Source of the DNA: an uncultured Elusimicrobia bacterium
GTDB lineage: Bacteria; Elusimicrobiota; Elusimicrobia; 2-01-FULL-59-12
Direction: 5' to 3'
Assembly (NCBI GenBank): GCA_963702895.1
Contig: OY969767.1
Span: 288,001 to 352,000 of the forward strand
DNA: 64,000 bases
Part shown: in pieces, positions 54,322 to 63,142 of the stretch
How the letters are laid out: the number at the start of each line of letters is the position of its first letter
Position numbering within the stretch: the first letter of the stretch is position 1
Program-made: the position numbers and the translations under genes
The notes under the pieces: model-generated
What the model saw: the letters and a program-made list of their open reading frames with translations, nothing else
What the model was told of the DNA's origin: nothing
Database searches by the model: none

Positions 54322-55505
54322 ACTGGCAGCCCCGCGGAGCGGCGGAGTTCTTCGGTCTTGGCCTGGCAGAGTTTCACGAGGTCGTCGCCGTTCATCAACT
54401 TCTGACCGGCCGTGTTGCGCACAGCCAGGCGCTCGGTGCAGCAATAGCAGGGGTCGATCGCAGCCAGGATAATGGCGGCATCCGAGATCGTCGCTCCCAG
54501 CATGGTCGCCTTATAAGTCGGCAGGTTCATAAAGGTCGGCGCGCGGACCTTGTGGCGGACGGGGCGGTTCGTCCCGTCGCTGCGCACGTAATGGAACGTC
54601 TCTCCCCGCGGCGCCTCATGCTGGCCGATCCCTTCGCCCACCGGCAGCGTCTTGAACTTGGCGTCGATCTCGCCGGGGGGCAGGTGCGTCAGGAAGTATT
54701 TCACCATCTTGACGGACTCAAAGGTCTCCAGGACGCGCATCAAGAGCTTCTCAAAAACGTCGCCCTTTTCGCCGACGATCATCTGCCAGTCCACCTGGTC
54801 ATAGGCCGCGTAGGGGCAGTTTTTCCGGATGTCCTTGGCGACGCCCGAGGCCCGCGCGGTGGGGCCGACGGCGCTGAAGTCGATCGCCGCCTGCTTGGAG
54901 AGGATGCCGACGCCTTTTGTGCGCGCCTGCAGCACCGGATCGTCCATCACGGCCCGGCGCAGCATCTCCAGGGTCGGCATAATGGAATCGAACTTCTTCA
55001 AAACGACCGGGATATCCTCCGCCTTGATGTCGCGCCGCACGCCCCCGGGACGAAACATCCCGTAGTTGTTGCGGTTGCCGGAGAGGATCTCCATCACGTC
55101 CAGAATTTCTTCCCGCAGCTTCCAGGCCCACATGAAAACGGTGTTGTAGCCAAGGAAATGTCCGGCGAGCCCCAGCCACAAGAGATGCGAATGCACGCGC
55201 TCGCTCTCGGCGATGATCACGCGGATGGCCTTGGCGCGCTCGGGGACCTCGATCCCGGCGATGTCCTCGACCGCCTCGACGAAGGCGAACGGGTGGCTGG
55301 TGGAGCAGATCCCGCAAATGCGCTCCACGACGAAGGTGGACTGGTCGTAGGTCTTCATCTCCGAAAGCTTCTCGATGCCGCGGTGGTTGTAGCCGACGTG
55401 CACGTCGATGCCGGTGACCTTTTCACCGTCCACCGTCAGGCTGAAGAACTCCGGTTCTTCCTGGAGCGGATGGTAAGGGCCGATGGGAATAATCGTGCGG
55501 CTCAT
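54318..55505 (-). CDS. Group 4 [NiFe]-hydrogenase large subunit
   Basis: GYNHRGIEK, L1 RICGIC, EAPRGE, L2 DPCYCCTER plus C-terminal extension. Confidence 0.93.
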   Translation of the reverse strand: MSRTIIPIGPYHPLQEEPEFFSLTVDGEKVTGIDVHVGYNHRGIEKLSEMKTYDQSTFVVERICGICSTSHPFAFVEAVEDIAGIEVPERAKAIRVIIAESERVHSHLLWLGLAGHFLGYNTVFMWAWKLREEILDVMEILSGNRNNYGMFRPGGVRRDIKAEDIPVVLKKFDSIMPTLEMLRRAVMDDPVLQARTKGVGILSKQAAIDFSAVGPTARASGVAKDIRKNCPYAAYDQVDWQMIVGEKGDVFEKLLMRVLETFESVKMVKYFLTHLPPGEIDAKFKTLPVGEGIGQHEAPRGETFHYVRSDGTNRPVRHKVRAPTFMNLPTYKATMLGATISDAAIILAAIDPCYCCTERLAVRNTAGQKLMNGDDLVKLCQAKTEELRRSAGLPV

Positions 55506-55972
55506 GAAGCCCCCCGGTCCCGGATCGCCTTCGGGTCCCATTCCTTGTAGTCGCGGCGCAGGGGGTAAACTTCCGCCGGCCACTCGTCCGGCAGGAGGAG
55601 CTTCCGTAGGTCAGGGTGCCCCCGGTAGCGGATGCCCAGGAGCTCGTGGATTTCGCGCTCGACCCAGTTGGCCGCTTCGCAGACCGGCGTGAGCGCATCC
55701 ATCTCCGGGTTGGACTTCGGCAGGCGCACCCGAAGCGAGAGGATCAAATTGATTTCATCCAGCGTGAAGTGATAGAGGACCTCAAAATGCGAGCGCGCGT
55801 CGATCCCTGAGGCGGTATTGAGACGCGCGCCCAGCTCTTGGAACAGGTAGCGGCCGGTTTCGCGGAAGGCCTCCGCGGGGACCTCGACGTAGACGCGCTT
55901 CGCCGAGCGCTCGAAGAGAGCGCTGCTCGGCAGGCGCTTGCGCAGTTCCTTCAGAACCTCGTCGCGTGTCAT
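55502..55972 (-). CDS. Hydrogenase NuoC-like subunit
   Basis: YHF, ANWVEREIHELLGI...GHPD...LL, YPLRRD. Confidence 0.9.
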   Translation of the reverse strand: MTRDEVLKELRKRLPSSALFERSAKRVYVEVPAEAFRETGRYLFQELGARLNTASGIDARSHFEVLYHFTLDEINLILSLRVRLPKSNPEMDALTPVCEAANWVEREIHELLGIRYRGHPDLRKLLLPDEWPAEVYPLRRDYKEWDPKAIRDRGAS

Positions 55973-56427
55973 GGCGCTGCCTTTTCCGCCGGCGGCTTGG
56001 TGCCGGCCTGGCCTTGGACCTTCTGAATGAGCTTGACCACCCCCGCGATGATCGCCTCCGGCCGCGGCGGGCAGCCCGGGATGTAGACGTCCACCGGGAT
56101 CACCTTGTCAATCGGGACCGGGCAGTTGTAGCTGTGGATGAAGAGGCCGCGCGAGAGCGCGCATTCGCCGATCGCCACGACCAGGCACGGCTTGGGCACC
56201 TGCTCGTAGAGGCGTTTCACGCGCTCCATCGATTTCCGATTGGCTGATCCTGTGACAAGCAGGACGTCGGCGTGCCGGGGGCTGCCGGCAAGCAGCATCC
56301 CAAAGCGCTCAATGTCGAAACGCGGCGTCAGGCAGTCCAGGATTTCGATGTCGCAGTTGTTGCAGCTGCCGGTGGACAAGTGATACACCCACGGCGACTT
56401 GAGCAGAGCGCGCAGCGTAATGCTCAT
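55969..56427 (-). CDS. Group 4 hydrogenase small subunit (NuoB-like)
   Basis: GSCNNCDIE, SPRHAD, GECA, IPGCPPRPE. Confidence 0.94.
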   Translation of the reverse strand: MSITLRALLKSPWVYHLSTGSCNNCDIEILDCLTPRFDIERFGMLLAGSPRHADVLLVTGSANRKSMERVKRLYEQVPKPCLVVAIGECALSRGLFIHSYNCPVPIDKVIPVDVYIPGCPPRPEAIIAGVVKLIQKVQGQAGTKPPAEKAAP

Positions 56428-56428
56428 T

Positions 56429-57352
56429 TCAATAGCCTCCCCAAGCGAGGGCGACGGCTGCCAGCGCCACCCCGGTGACCGGTCCCCAAAAGAAGCGGAC
56501 CGCCTGGTCCACGCGGACCCGCGGATTGGTATTGCGGATGACGGTGATCACCGCCACGATGCCAAGGCCCCAGAGCGCGCCCCAGAGAATCCCCCAGCCC
56601 TGCGCGGAAGGGCCTCCCAGGAAGAGAACGATCAGGAAGAGCGGCAGCGTAAAGAGCAGCATGGACCGCATCAGCCGGAAAAGGGCGAGCGGCGCGCCGG
56701 AATACTCCACGAGCAGGCCACCCATGATCTCCGTCTCCGCTTCCGCCGCGTCAAAAGGCACGAGGCCCAGCTTGGCCACGACGCAAAGGAGCGCCACCGC
56801 CAGCGCCAGCATCCCGGACGGATGGGACGCGACGATGCCCGCCTGCGCCTGAGAAGCCACGATCTCGTCCAGGCGCAGCGCGTAGCCCGTCTGGATCACG
56901 GGGACCAGTACCGCCAGGATAAACGGCAGTTCGTAACTGAGGACCATTTTCATCTCCCGCGAGGCGCCGAGGCTCGCGAAGGGATTGGCCGAGGCCAGGG
57001 CTCCCATCATCAGGCTGATGGAAGGCAGGACGAGCAGGTACAGGAGGACGATGATGTCCCCGGAAAAGGTTCCCTCGGGCCGCCAGAGCGCCATGCCGAG
57101 GAGCGCGGACGCCGTCGCCACGCCCGCCACCCCCAGGACCGGGGCGCCGAGGAATACCCATCGCGAGGCGCCGGCGGGGATGAGCGTTTCCTTCCCCAGG
57201 AGCTTCACGAGGTCAATCCAGGGCTGCAAGAGCGGCGGTCCGACGCGGTACTGCACGCGCGCCGTCACCTTGCGGTCGATGGCGCTGGCGAGGAGCCCGC
57301 CGGCAATCGGCAGCATCAGGCCAAAAACGAGAAAGCCAAGGACGATGGTCAT
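56429..57352 (-). CDS. Hydrogenase membrane anchor (NuoH-like)
   Basis: DRKVTARVQYRVGPP.LQP..D.VKL..KE, PFDAAEAETE...G...EYSG. Confidence 0.92.
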   Translation of the reverse strand: MTIVLGFLVFGLMLPIAGGLLASAIDRKVTARVQYRVGPPLLQPWIDLVKLLGKETLIPAGASRWVFLGAPVLGVAGVATASALLGMALWRPEGTFSGDIIVLLYLLVLPSISLMMGALASANPFASLGASREMKMVLSYELPFILAVLVPVIQTGYALRLDEIVASQAQAGIVASHPSGMLALAVALLCVVAKLGLVPFDAAEAETEIMGGLLVEYSGAPLALFRLMRSMLLFTLPLFLIVLFLGGPSAQGWGILWGALWGLGIVAVITVIRNTNPRVRVDQAVRFFWGPVTGVALAAVALAWGGY

Positions 57353-57924
57353 GCCTTCTCCTTGCGCCAGTGGCTCGAGTGGACGATCAGGTGATCGCCT
57401 ACGAGGAACGTGTTTTCGTCCAGCGTCAGGTCGCCGCCTTTCAGGGCGAGAGCGCCGCGTGAGCAGGTCTTCACACAGAGCGGTTCGTCCTTCTGGTCGC
57501 GGCGATCCAGGCAAAAATCACAGTTGTGGAGGAGGTGGGGAAGCTGATCCGGGTAGATCGTGCCGTAGGGGCAGGCGTGCGAACAGGATTTGCAGCTCAC
57601 GCACCGCAAGGGGTGCCGCACGAGGATCTGCCCCTTCTCTTTTTGCTGCTCGAGCGCGTCATGCGGGCAGGCCTTTACGCAGTGCGGCTCGGAGCAGCGG
57701 CGGCAGACAAGCGCATAGGCCGCCAATTCCGAAACGCAGCGGATCCCGTTATTTCCGGGCGCTTGAACATGGGCGTAATAGCTGCAGCCGACTTCGCAGG
57801 CGCCGCAGGCTTCGCGGCGGCACACGTCGAGGTCGATGAAGAGGCGCTGGTCCGGCCCCGGCCGGGGCGCGGCGTTCAGTTGCCCTTGATAGAGCTCTTC
57901 GGTGGCAAGAGGCGTCTTGGACAT
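57349..57924 (-). CDS. Multi-4Fe-4S ferredoxin-like electron-transfer subunit
   Basis: CRRCSEPHCVKACP, CVSCKSCSHACPYG, CDFC..P.CVKTC. Confidence 0.88.
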   Translation of the reverse strand: MSKTPLATEELYQGQLNAAPRPGPDQRLFIDLDVCRREACGACEVGCSYYAHVQAPGNNGIRCVSELAAYALVCRRCSEPHCVKACPHDALEQQKEKGQILVRHPLRCVSCKSCSHACPYGTIYPDQLPHLLHNCDFCLDRRDQKDEPLCVKTCSRGALALKGGDLTLDENTFLVGDHLIVHSSHWRKEKA

Positions 57925-57928
57925 ACGC

Positions 57929-58753
57929 TTAATCCCAGATCTCCGGCAGGTCCCGGATCTGATCGAACCGGAACACCGGACCGTCCTTGCAGGTGTAGTA
58001 GGTCCCCAGGCGGCAATGGCCGCACTTCCCGATCCCGCAGGACATGTTCTTTTCCATTGAGAGGTACATGTTCTTCACCTGGAACCCCATCTCCAGGACT
58101 TTCTTGCTGCCGAATTTCATCATGATCGGCGGCCCGCAGAGCACGGCGATGGCCTCTTTAAAATCCAGGCGCACACTGTCCAGGATCGTGGTCACCACGC
58201 CCACCGGCCCCTTCCAGGTGTCGTCCCCTTTGTCCACGGTGAGCTTGAGGTCCAGGTCCTTGCGCTCGCCCCACCCTTCGATCTCCCGGCGGTAGAGAAA
58301 ATCACTCGGGCTCTTGCAGCCGCCCCGAAACACGAGCTTCTTCAGCTGTCCGCTCATCTCGAAGAAGCTGTACATCAAGCTGCGCAGCGGCGCAAACCCG
58401 CAGCCCCCGCCGAGCACCATGACTTCCTTTCCTTTAAATTCTTCCAGCGGATAGCCATTGCCGAACGGGCCGCGCACTCCGATAACGTCGCCTTTTTTGA
58501 GCTGGTGGATCTGCTCCGTGACTTTGCCCACTTTCATGACGCTCACTTCCAGGACGTCGTCAACCCCTGGCTTCGAGGAGGGCGTAAAGGGCGACTCTCC
58601 AACGCCCGGGACGGTCAACTCAATAAACTGTCCCGTCCGGAAGCGCAAGGGAGTGGCGGGACGAAAACGGATCGTCTTGATCGTCGTCGTCTCGGGGATC
58701 ACCTCGAGCACTTCCGCGCGGACCGGCCGATAGGGATTGAGGGTCTCAGACAT
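57929..58753 (-). CDS. FAD/NAD(P)-binding subunit (AsrB/sulfhydrogenase gamma-like)
   Basis: GQF, RGPFGNG, GGCGFAP, CGPPIMM, MSCGIGKCGHC..CKDGPVF. Confidence 0.92.
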   Translation of the reverse strand: MSETLNPYRPVRAEVLEVIPETTTIKTIRFRPATPLRFRTGQFIELTVPGVGESPFTPSSKPGVDDVLEVSVMKVGKVTEQIHQLKKGDVIGVRGPFGNGYPLEEFKGKEVMVLGGGCGFAPLRSLMYSFFEMSGQLKKLVFRGGCKSPSDFLYRREIEGWGERKDLDLKLTVDKGDDTWKGPVGVVTTILDSVRLDFKEAIAVLCGPPIMMKFGSKKVLEMGFQVKNMYLSMEKNMSCGIGKCGHCRLGTYYTCKDGPVFRFDQIRDLPEIWD

Positions 58754-59807
58754 GGGCTAAATTCTTCATCACGCGCCGGATGTCGATGCGCGCCGGGCAG
58801 GCGGAAATGCAGCGGCCGCAGCCCGTGCAGGCGAGCGTCCCGGACACCTTGGGAAAATAGTCGAACTTCTTCTCGAAACGGTTGCGCAGTCGCGTCCAGA
58901 GGCGTTTCCTGGGGTTGGCGCCGCCCGCGACGCGGGCGTAATCCTTCAGCAGGCAGGAATCCCAGGTCCGGAAGCGGTTGAGCTCCCCTTCCTTCTTCTT
59001 CTGGTCGTAGAGCAGAAAGCAGTGGCAGGTGGGGCAGATCTGCGTGCAGGCTCCGCATTCCACGCAGGTCTTGGCTTCCTCTTCCCAGAGCGGCGCCGTA
59101 TACGCCCGGCCGACCGCGCCGCGGACCTTCTGCTCATCCGGGACCTCGTGCTGCTTCAGATTTTTCTTCACCTGGCCGGCGACGTGGGCGCGCTGTTCGT
59201 CCCGGGCCCGCAGGTCCTCAGGATCGACTGTGCCGAAAAGCGCGGGGTCCTCCTTCAGGAGGTTTTCTCCCTTCGCGGAGCCCGCTTCCACCACGAAGCC
59301 TTTGGGAACGGAGGATAAGTTCAAATCGAAGTGTCCGACGGGATGCGGCTCCACGCCGACCGCGAGGCAAAAGCAGGTGTCGATCGCCGTCGTGCAGTCC
59401 GCGCTGATGAGAAGCGTCTCTTCACGGTTGCGGGAATAGAAGGGGTCGGGCGAGTCCGGGTTGTAGAAGACAAAATCCTGGACGAGAAAGCCTTTCAAGT
59501 CGCAGGCCTTGGCGCCGATGATCGCGATGGGTTTTTTCCGAGAGGAGGGGCAATCGCTCTCGAAGTTCACCGCCACGCGCTCGCGGGCCTGGAGGAAGAA
59601 GGACTTCAAGGGTTCCGCGGTCCTCACTTCGCCGATCACGGGCTCCGCTGCGCTCAGGGGATAACGCTCGAAATGGCGGTGCCCCTTTCGGAGGACCGGC
59701 ACATAAACTTGATAGCGCGCGGCAAGATGGTCCAGAAAACGAGAGAGGTCGGTCTCGCGAAGCATCGCGAGCTTCTGCGTGGCGCCGCCCGGCCGCGTCT
59801 CCTTCAT
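58746..59807 (-). CDS. 4Fe-4S subunit (AsrA/sulfhydrogenase beta-like)
   Basis: ACD, C....TCFC, CVECGACTQICPTCHCF, WDSC, CTGCGRCISACP. Confidence 0.92.
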   Translation of the reverse strand: MKETRPGGATQKLAMLRETDLSRFLDHLAARYQVYVPVLRKGHRHFERYPLSAAEPVIGEVRTAEPLKSFFLQARERVAVNFESDCPSSRKKPIAIIGAKACDLKGFLVQDFVFYNPDSPDPFYSRNREETLLISADCTTAIDTCFCLAVGVEPHPVGHFDLNLSSVPKGFVVEAGSAKGENLLKEDPALFGTVDPEDLRARDEQRAHVAGQVKKNLKQHEVPDEQKVRGAVGRAYTAPLWEEEAKTCVECGACTQICPTCHCFLLYDQKKKEGELNRFRTWDSCLLKDYARVAGGANPRKRLWTRLRNRFEKKFDYFPKVSGTLACTGCGRCISACPARIDIRRVMKNLAHV

Positions 59808-60047
59808 TTGCTGCTCCCCTCCGGGAGGCGTTGAGTCTTCCGCTTCATGAAATCCTCTTCAGCGTCACGATTCTCGATCAGGGACGGTTCGTTGACAAGA
59901 AGACAAATGGCCTGCGCGTCAACGCGTTAAGCCGAATTTTATTGGATCGAATAAAGGCCGAGTATGATCTATGTCATGTAGGCGGGCTCCGCACGCTCCG
60001 CGAAGCAAGCGTGGGAAACAGGTCACGGCAAACAGCGGACGGAAAGG

Positions 60048-60698
60048 TTATTCCACTTCGATCTGGACTTCGTTGTGACGCAGGAACCACAGCGTATAGG
60101 GCGAGTTGTACCGAGCGAATATCGGTTCGCCTCTGGCTTTGAGGCCTTGCGCGGCAATCCATTGAAGGAGCGCCATCTTTTTCCCTTCATACCGAGATTC
60201 AGACCAGCCTCCGGAGTAGGTGATCACGGCGACTTTCCGCGCCGGGACCTGGCGAAGAGTGACCGCTGAATCGTTCGGCTTGGGGGCGGTCTCGGCGGTG
60301 TAGATCGCCGGAAGCGCAAAGGAGACGAGGTAGCCCTTTTCAGAAGGGGACTGGGAAACGGGCGCGGTCATCGCGATCTTTTCCGAAGAGCCTTGAGACT
60401 GCATGCCCACAGGAGCCGTCATGGGGATTTCTTTCTGGCCCTGGTTTTGGCCCTGAATATAGCGAAAGAGTTTCCAGAAAGCGATATTGCCCGCTTCCTT
60501 GAACGAGGCGATCACTTCCGTTTCCGCGACGGCATAGGACGCCGCCAGCCGCAGTTCAAAATCTCCATCACTCTGGACGACGCTGAATTTCGGCTGTTCG
60601 ATTCCCATCACAGCCCCCGTGAAGAGCATGAGCGGAACAAAGACAAGCAACTTTCTCAGCAAAGCGAACGGGATCCTGTCACACCGCCTTCGAAGCAC
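60048..60698 (-). CDS. SOUL-family heme-binding protein
   Basis: IEQPKF.V, AF..LFRYI.G.N, IPMTAPV, F.LP, ARYN.P..RHNEV. Start uncertain. Confidence 0.88.
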   Translation of the reverse strand: MLRRRCDRIPFALLRKLLVFVPLMLFTGAVMGIEQPKFSVVQSDGDFELRLAASYAVAETEVIASFKEAGNIAFWKLFRYIQGQNQGQKEIPMTAPVGMQSQGSSEKIAMTAPVSQSPSEKGYLVSFALPAIYTAETAPKPNDSAVTLRQVPARKVAVITYSGGWSESRYEGKKMALLQWIAAQGLKARGEPIFARYNSPYTLWFLRHNEVQIEVE

Positions 60699-61348
60699 TA
60701 GCGGGATTCGATCAGCTGCTCGGCCGGGAAGCGCACCTTGGCAGCCGCGGCGTACTGGTCGGACGCGTCACGATAGCCCAGCGCGCAAACCACGACGGCG
60801 GAAAAGCCTTTGGCTTCAAGACCCAGAATACGGCTGTAGGCCTGCGGGTCAAAGCCTTCCATCGGGCAGGCGTCGACGCCTAAGAGCGCCGCGCTCATCA
60901 GGAGTGTTCCCAGCGCGATATAAGCCTGCCGCGCCGCCCACTCGCGCTGCATCCCCTTGCGCGGCCCATTGATCAGGTCTCCCAGCATCATCTCCGAATA
61001 GGCCGTGAGGGAGTCGACCGGGACGCCCCGGACTTTCGCGACCTGGGCGATGAACTTGGCCACGTCGGCCGCGGTGAGATGATGGGGAACGGCGAACACC
61101 ACGAGGTGCGAAGCCTCCACGATCTGCGGCTGGTTCCAGGAAACGGCTTGGAGCTCTTTGCGCAAGGCGGGGTCCCGCACGTCAACCAAGCGCCAGGGCT
61201 GAAGGCCGTAGGAGGAAGGGCTCAAGACCACCGCGTCGCGCAACGAGGCCCATGTTTCCGCGGGGATCTTTCGTTTTGAATCAAACTTTTTGGTGGCGTA
61301 GCGCCACTGAAGTTGCGCGAGCAGCTGATCTTTCGAAATGAAACTCAT
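60698..61348 (-). CDS. Nitroreductase family NAD(P)H oxidoreductase
   Basis: WRYATKKFD, SPSSYGLQPW, NQPQI, CPMEGF, ALGYR, KVR. Confidence 0.93.
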   Translation of the reverse strand: MSFISKDQLLAQLQWRYATKKFDSKRKIPAETWASLRDAVVLSPSSYGLQPWRLVDVRDPALRKELQAVSWNQPQIVEASHLVVFAVPHHLTAADVAKFIAQVAKVRGVPVDSLTAYSEMMLGDLINGPRKGMQREWAARQAYIALGTLLMSAALLGVDACPMEGFDPQAYSRILGLEAKGFSAVVVCALGYRDASDQYAAAAKVRFPAEQLIESR

Positions 61349-61593
61349 AAAGGATTCCTTTCTTGGCTCATCTTAGGGTTTGGCGTTTTGCGGCCACGGC
61401 TCGCGTGTTGTAACACCTGCCGTATGGAAATGGTTCCTGACGGGTCACCGGGGGACCGCCCCATAAGAAGAAGGAACGGTCATGCCAAGAGTCAAACGTC
61501 CTCCCCCTTACGTTCTGCTGTAGACGCCCATGAGGCTCGCTTGGGCGAGGATATGGCCTTTCATCGCGGCTTCCAGCGGAGCCTTTGTTCCAA

Positions 61594-62016
61594 CTATTTC
61601 AGCTGGCGAAGGATCTGGCTGCCTTTGTCCGCGTCGGCCGCGTTGTCAAAGGCAATGACGACTGAACATTGCTTGCCGAGAACGTGCGCGGAGATGGCGC
61701 GCAGATTCAGGCCCGCGGCCCCTAACGCCTGGGTGATTTGATGCCCAAGTCCCGGTCGATTGTCCGCCGTCGCGCGCAGACCTACGACGTCCTGCCTCGG
61801 AGCAAATCCCGCGCGCCGCGCGGCCTCTTCCTGTTTCCCTGACTTGATCGGCGACACAAACAGGATGGCTTTGCCCAACTTGTCCGGCTGCCGGCGGGCG
61901 AGGGCAAACTGCAGGTCCGCGCCGGCTTCGGCCAGGACGCTGAAGAGTCCCGTCGTCGCCCCGGGCTTATCGTCCAACTCCGCGGTCCAAATGTCGATTT
62001 TCTCAATGGTGATCAT
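61594..62016 (-). CDS. Tandem ACT-domain protein
   Basis: DDKPG...L.EAGADL and DNRPGLG..I..ALG.AGLNL. AAGGAGG RBS. Confidence 0.82.
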   Translation of the reverse strand: MITIEKIDIWTAELDDKPGATTGLFSVLAEAGADLQFALARRQPDKLGKAILFVSPIKSGKQEEAARRAGFAPRQDVVGLRATADNRPGLGHQITQALGAAGLNLRAISAHVLGKQCSVVIAFDNAADADKGSQILRQLK

Positions 62017-62148
62017 GGATAGCCTCCTTTGGCTGGAAAGGTCCGGATGATGACCCTATTAAAGCGCTTCAGGACGTGGAAGAAAAGAGGGCAGGGGGAG
62101 AAAGGGGATCGCCGGCATCACGGCAGCCCATCGTGCGAACCGAAGTCC

Positions 62149-62736
62149 TCAGAGCGCCATTCCGAAACCGATGGAGACTAACGTGCCATTTTTGTAAGAA
62201 AGGAAGCCGCGTCCGTTCGTCCCTTCGTCGGGGTCCCAAAACGTTTGGGTCTCAGTCTCTCCGGACTTTTTCGTGTTGGGCTTGGCCCAGTCAAGATGAA
62301 GCCCGCTTTTGGTCGTGGCTTCTTTTAATTGGCGGACCGCCTCGGTTTCGTTCTTAAATCCATTCTTCGTCGTTAGAGAGATCACGCTCGTTTCGGGAGG
62401 AAGCGATTCGGCGCTGTAGGTGGTCCCATCTTGGAAGTGGTAGACCACAGACCCGAATTGGCCTTCCTCCGTCGTCGCCGTAATTTTTGCTTCGCAGGCG
62501 GCTGGAAGCCCCGCTTGGCTGAGCGCGAAGCGGAAAAGGACCTCTTCGAGGATCGCGTCTTGCCGGGCCTGGACCCACGCGCGATTCTTTTCGCCCGTGC
62601 ATGGGACGAGAGAGGTTCTATCCAACAGCTCAGCCGGAGTTTTACGCCGAGGGGAGTCCGCAAAAGCGGTCGTAGCGGTTAAGCTCCCTGCCAGCATCAG
62701 GATCCAAACGGTATTTCGGCAATGGATTTCGTTCAC
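62149..62736 (-). CDS. Secreted hypothetical protein
   Basis: Signal-like WILMLAGSLTATTAFA after GTG 62736. TAAAAT 10 nt upstream. Confidence 0.55.
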   Translation of the reverse strand: MNEIHCRNTVWILMLAGSLTATTAFADSPRRKTPAELLDRTSLVPCTGEKNRAWVQARQDAILEEVLFRFALSQAGLPAACEAKITATTEEGQFGSVVYHFQDGTTYSAESLPPETSVISLTTKNGFKNETEAVRQLKEATTKSGLHLDWAKPNTKKSGETETQTFWDPDEGTNGRGFLSYKNGTLVSIGFGMAL

Positions 62737-62922
62737 AGCGAGACCAATTTTATCATTCCAAGAACCTCGTTCTCCGAATTGGATGTCGCGGGATAGCGAC
62801 AAATCATACAGAACCGCCGGTCGATCCGGCGGACCGTCCTTACGGATCTCCTGTGACCTCTTACCGACGGTGTCGTGAATATTCTTCGGGTTTTTGCATC
62901 TAAGGAGTAGAGGAGGTGGAGT

Positions 62923-63102
62923 ATGAACCCACTGGATCAACAGATTGAAGCGGTTGTGAGCGTCTTGAGAGCCCATGGAGCGGTGGTCGGAATTGACCCC
63001 ACGGCGCCGGATGACGTTAAAAAGGCCTTTCTTGAAGTGCTCTTGAATTGCCCTGAGTGCAGGGAGGTCATCCTGGGTGACCATGATGGCTGCGCGAACT
63101 GA
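62923..63102 (+). CDS. Small 59-aa CxxC protein (below ORF-track cutoff)
   Basis: AGGAGGT RBS. MNPLDQQIEAVVSVLRAHGAVVGIDPTAPDDVKKAFLEVLLNCPECREVILGDHDGCAN. Confidence 0.6.
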   Translation: MNPLDQQIEAVVSVLRAHGAVVGIDPTAPDDVKKAFLEVLLNCPECREVILGDHDGCAN

Positions 63103-63142
63103 GGCCGGGCGAGGCCTTGGTGCTTAAATCCAAGGGCCTAAA

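Noticed and set aside
54318..55505. Complex I NuoD or cofactor-less Mbx/Ehr-type subunit
   Set aside because: Both Ni-binding CxxC motifs are intact, and a maturation protease and HypA are in the operon.
49354..57839. Long plus-strand ORFs across the hydrogenase operon, and extended N-termini of several minus-strand ORFs
   Set aside because: Shadow ORFs. True starts were chosen at ATGA-type overlaps where family motifs begin.
62737..63084. N-terminal extension of ORF 62149..63084
   Set aside because: Overlaps the RBS-supported plus-strand microprotein. A signal peptide appears only after 62736.
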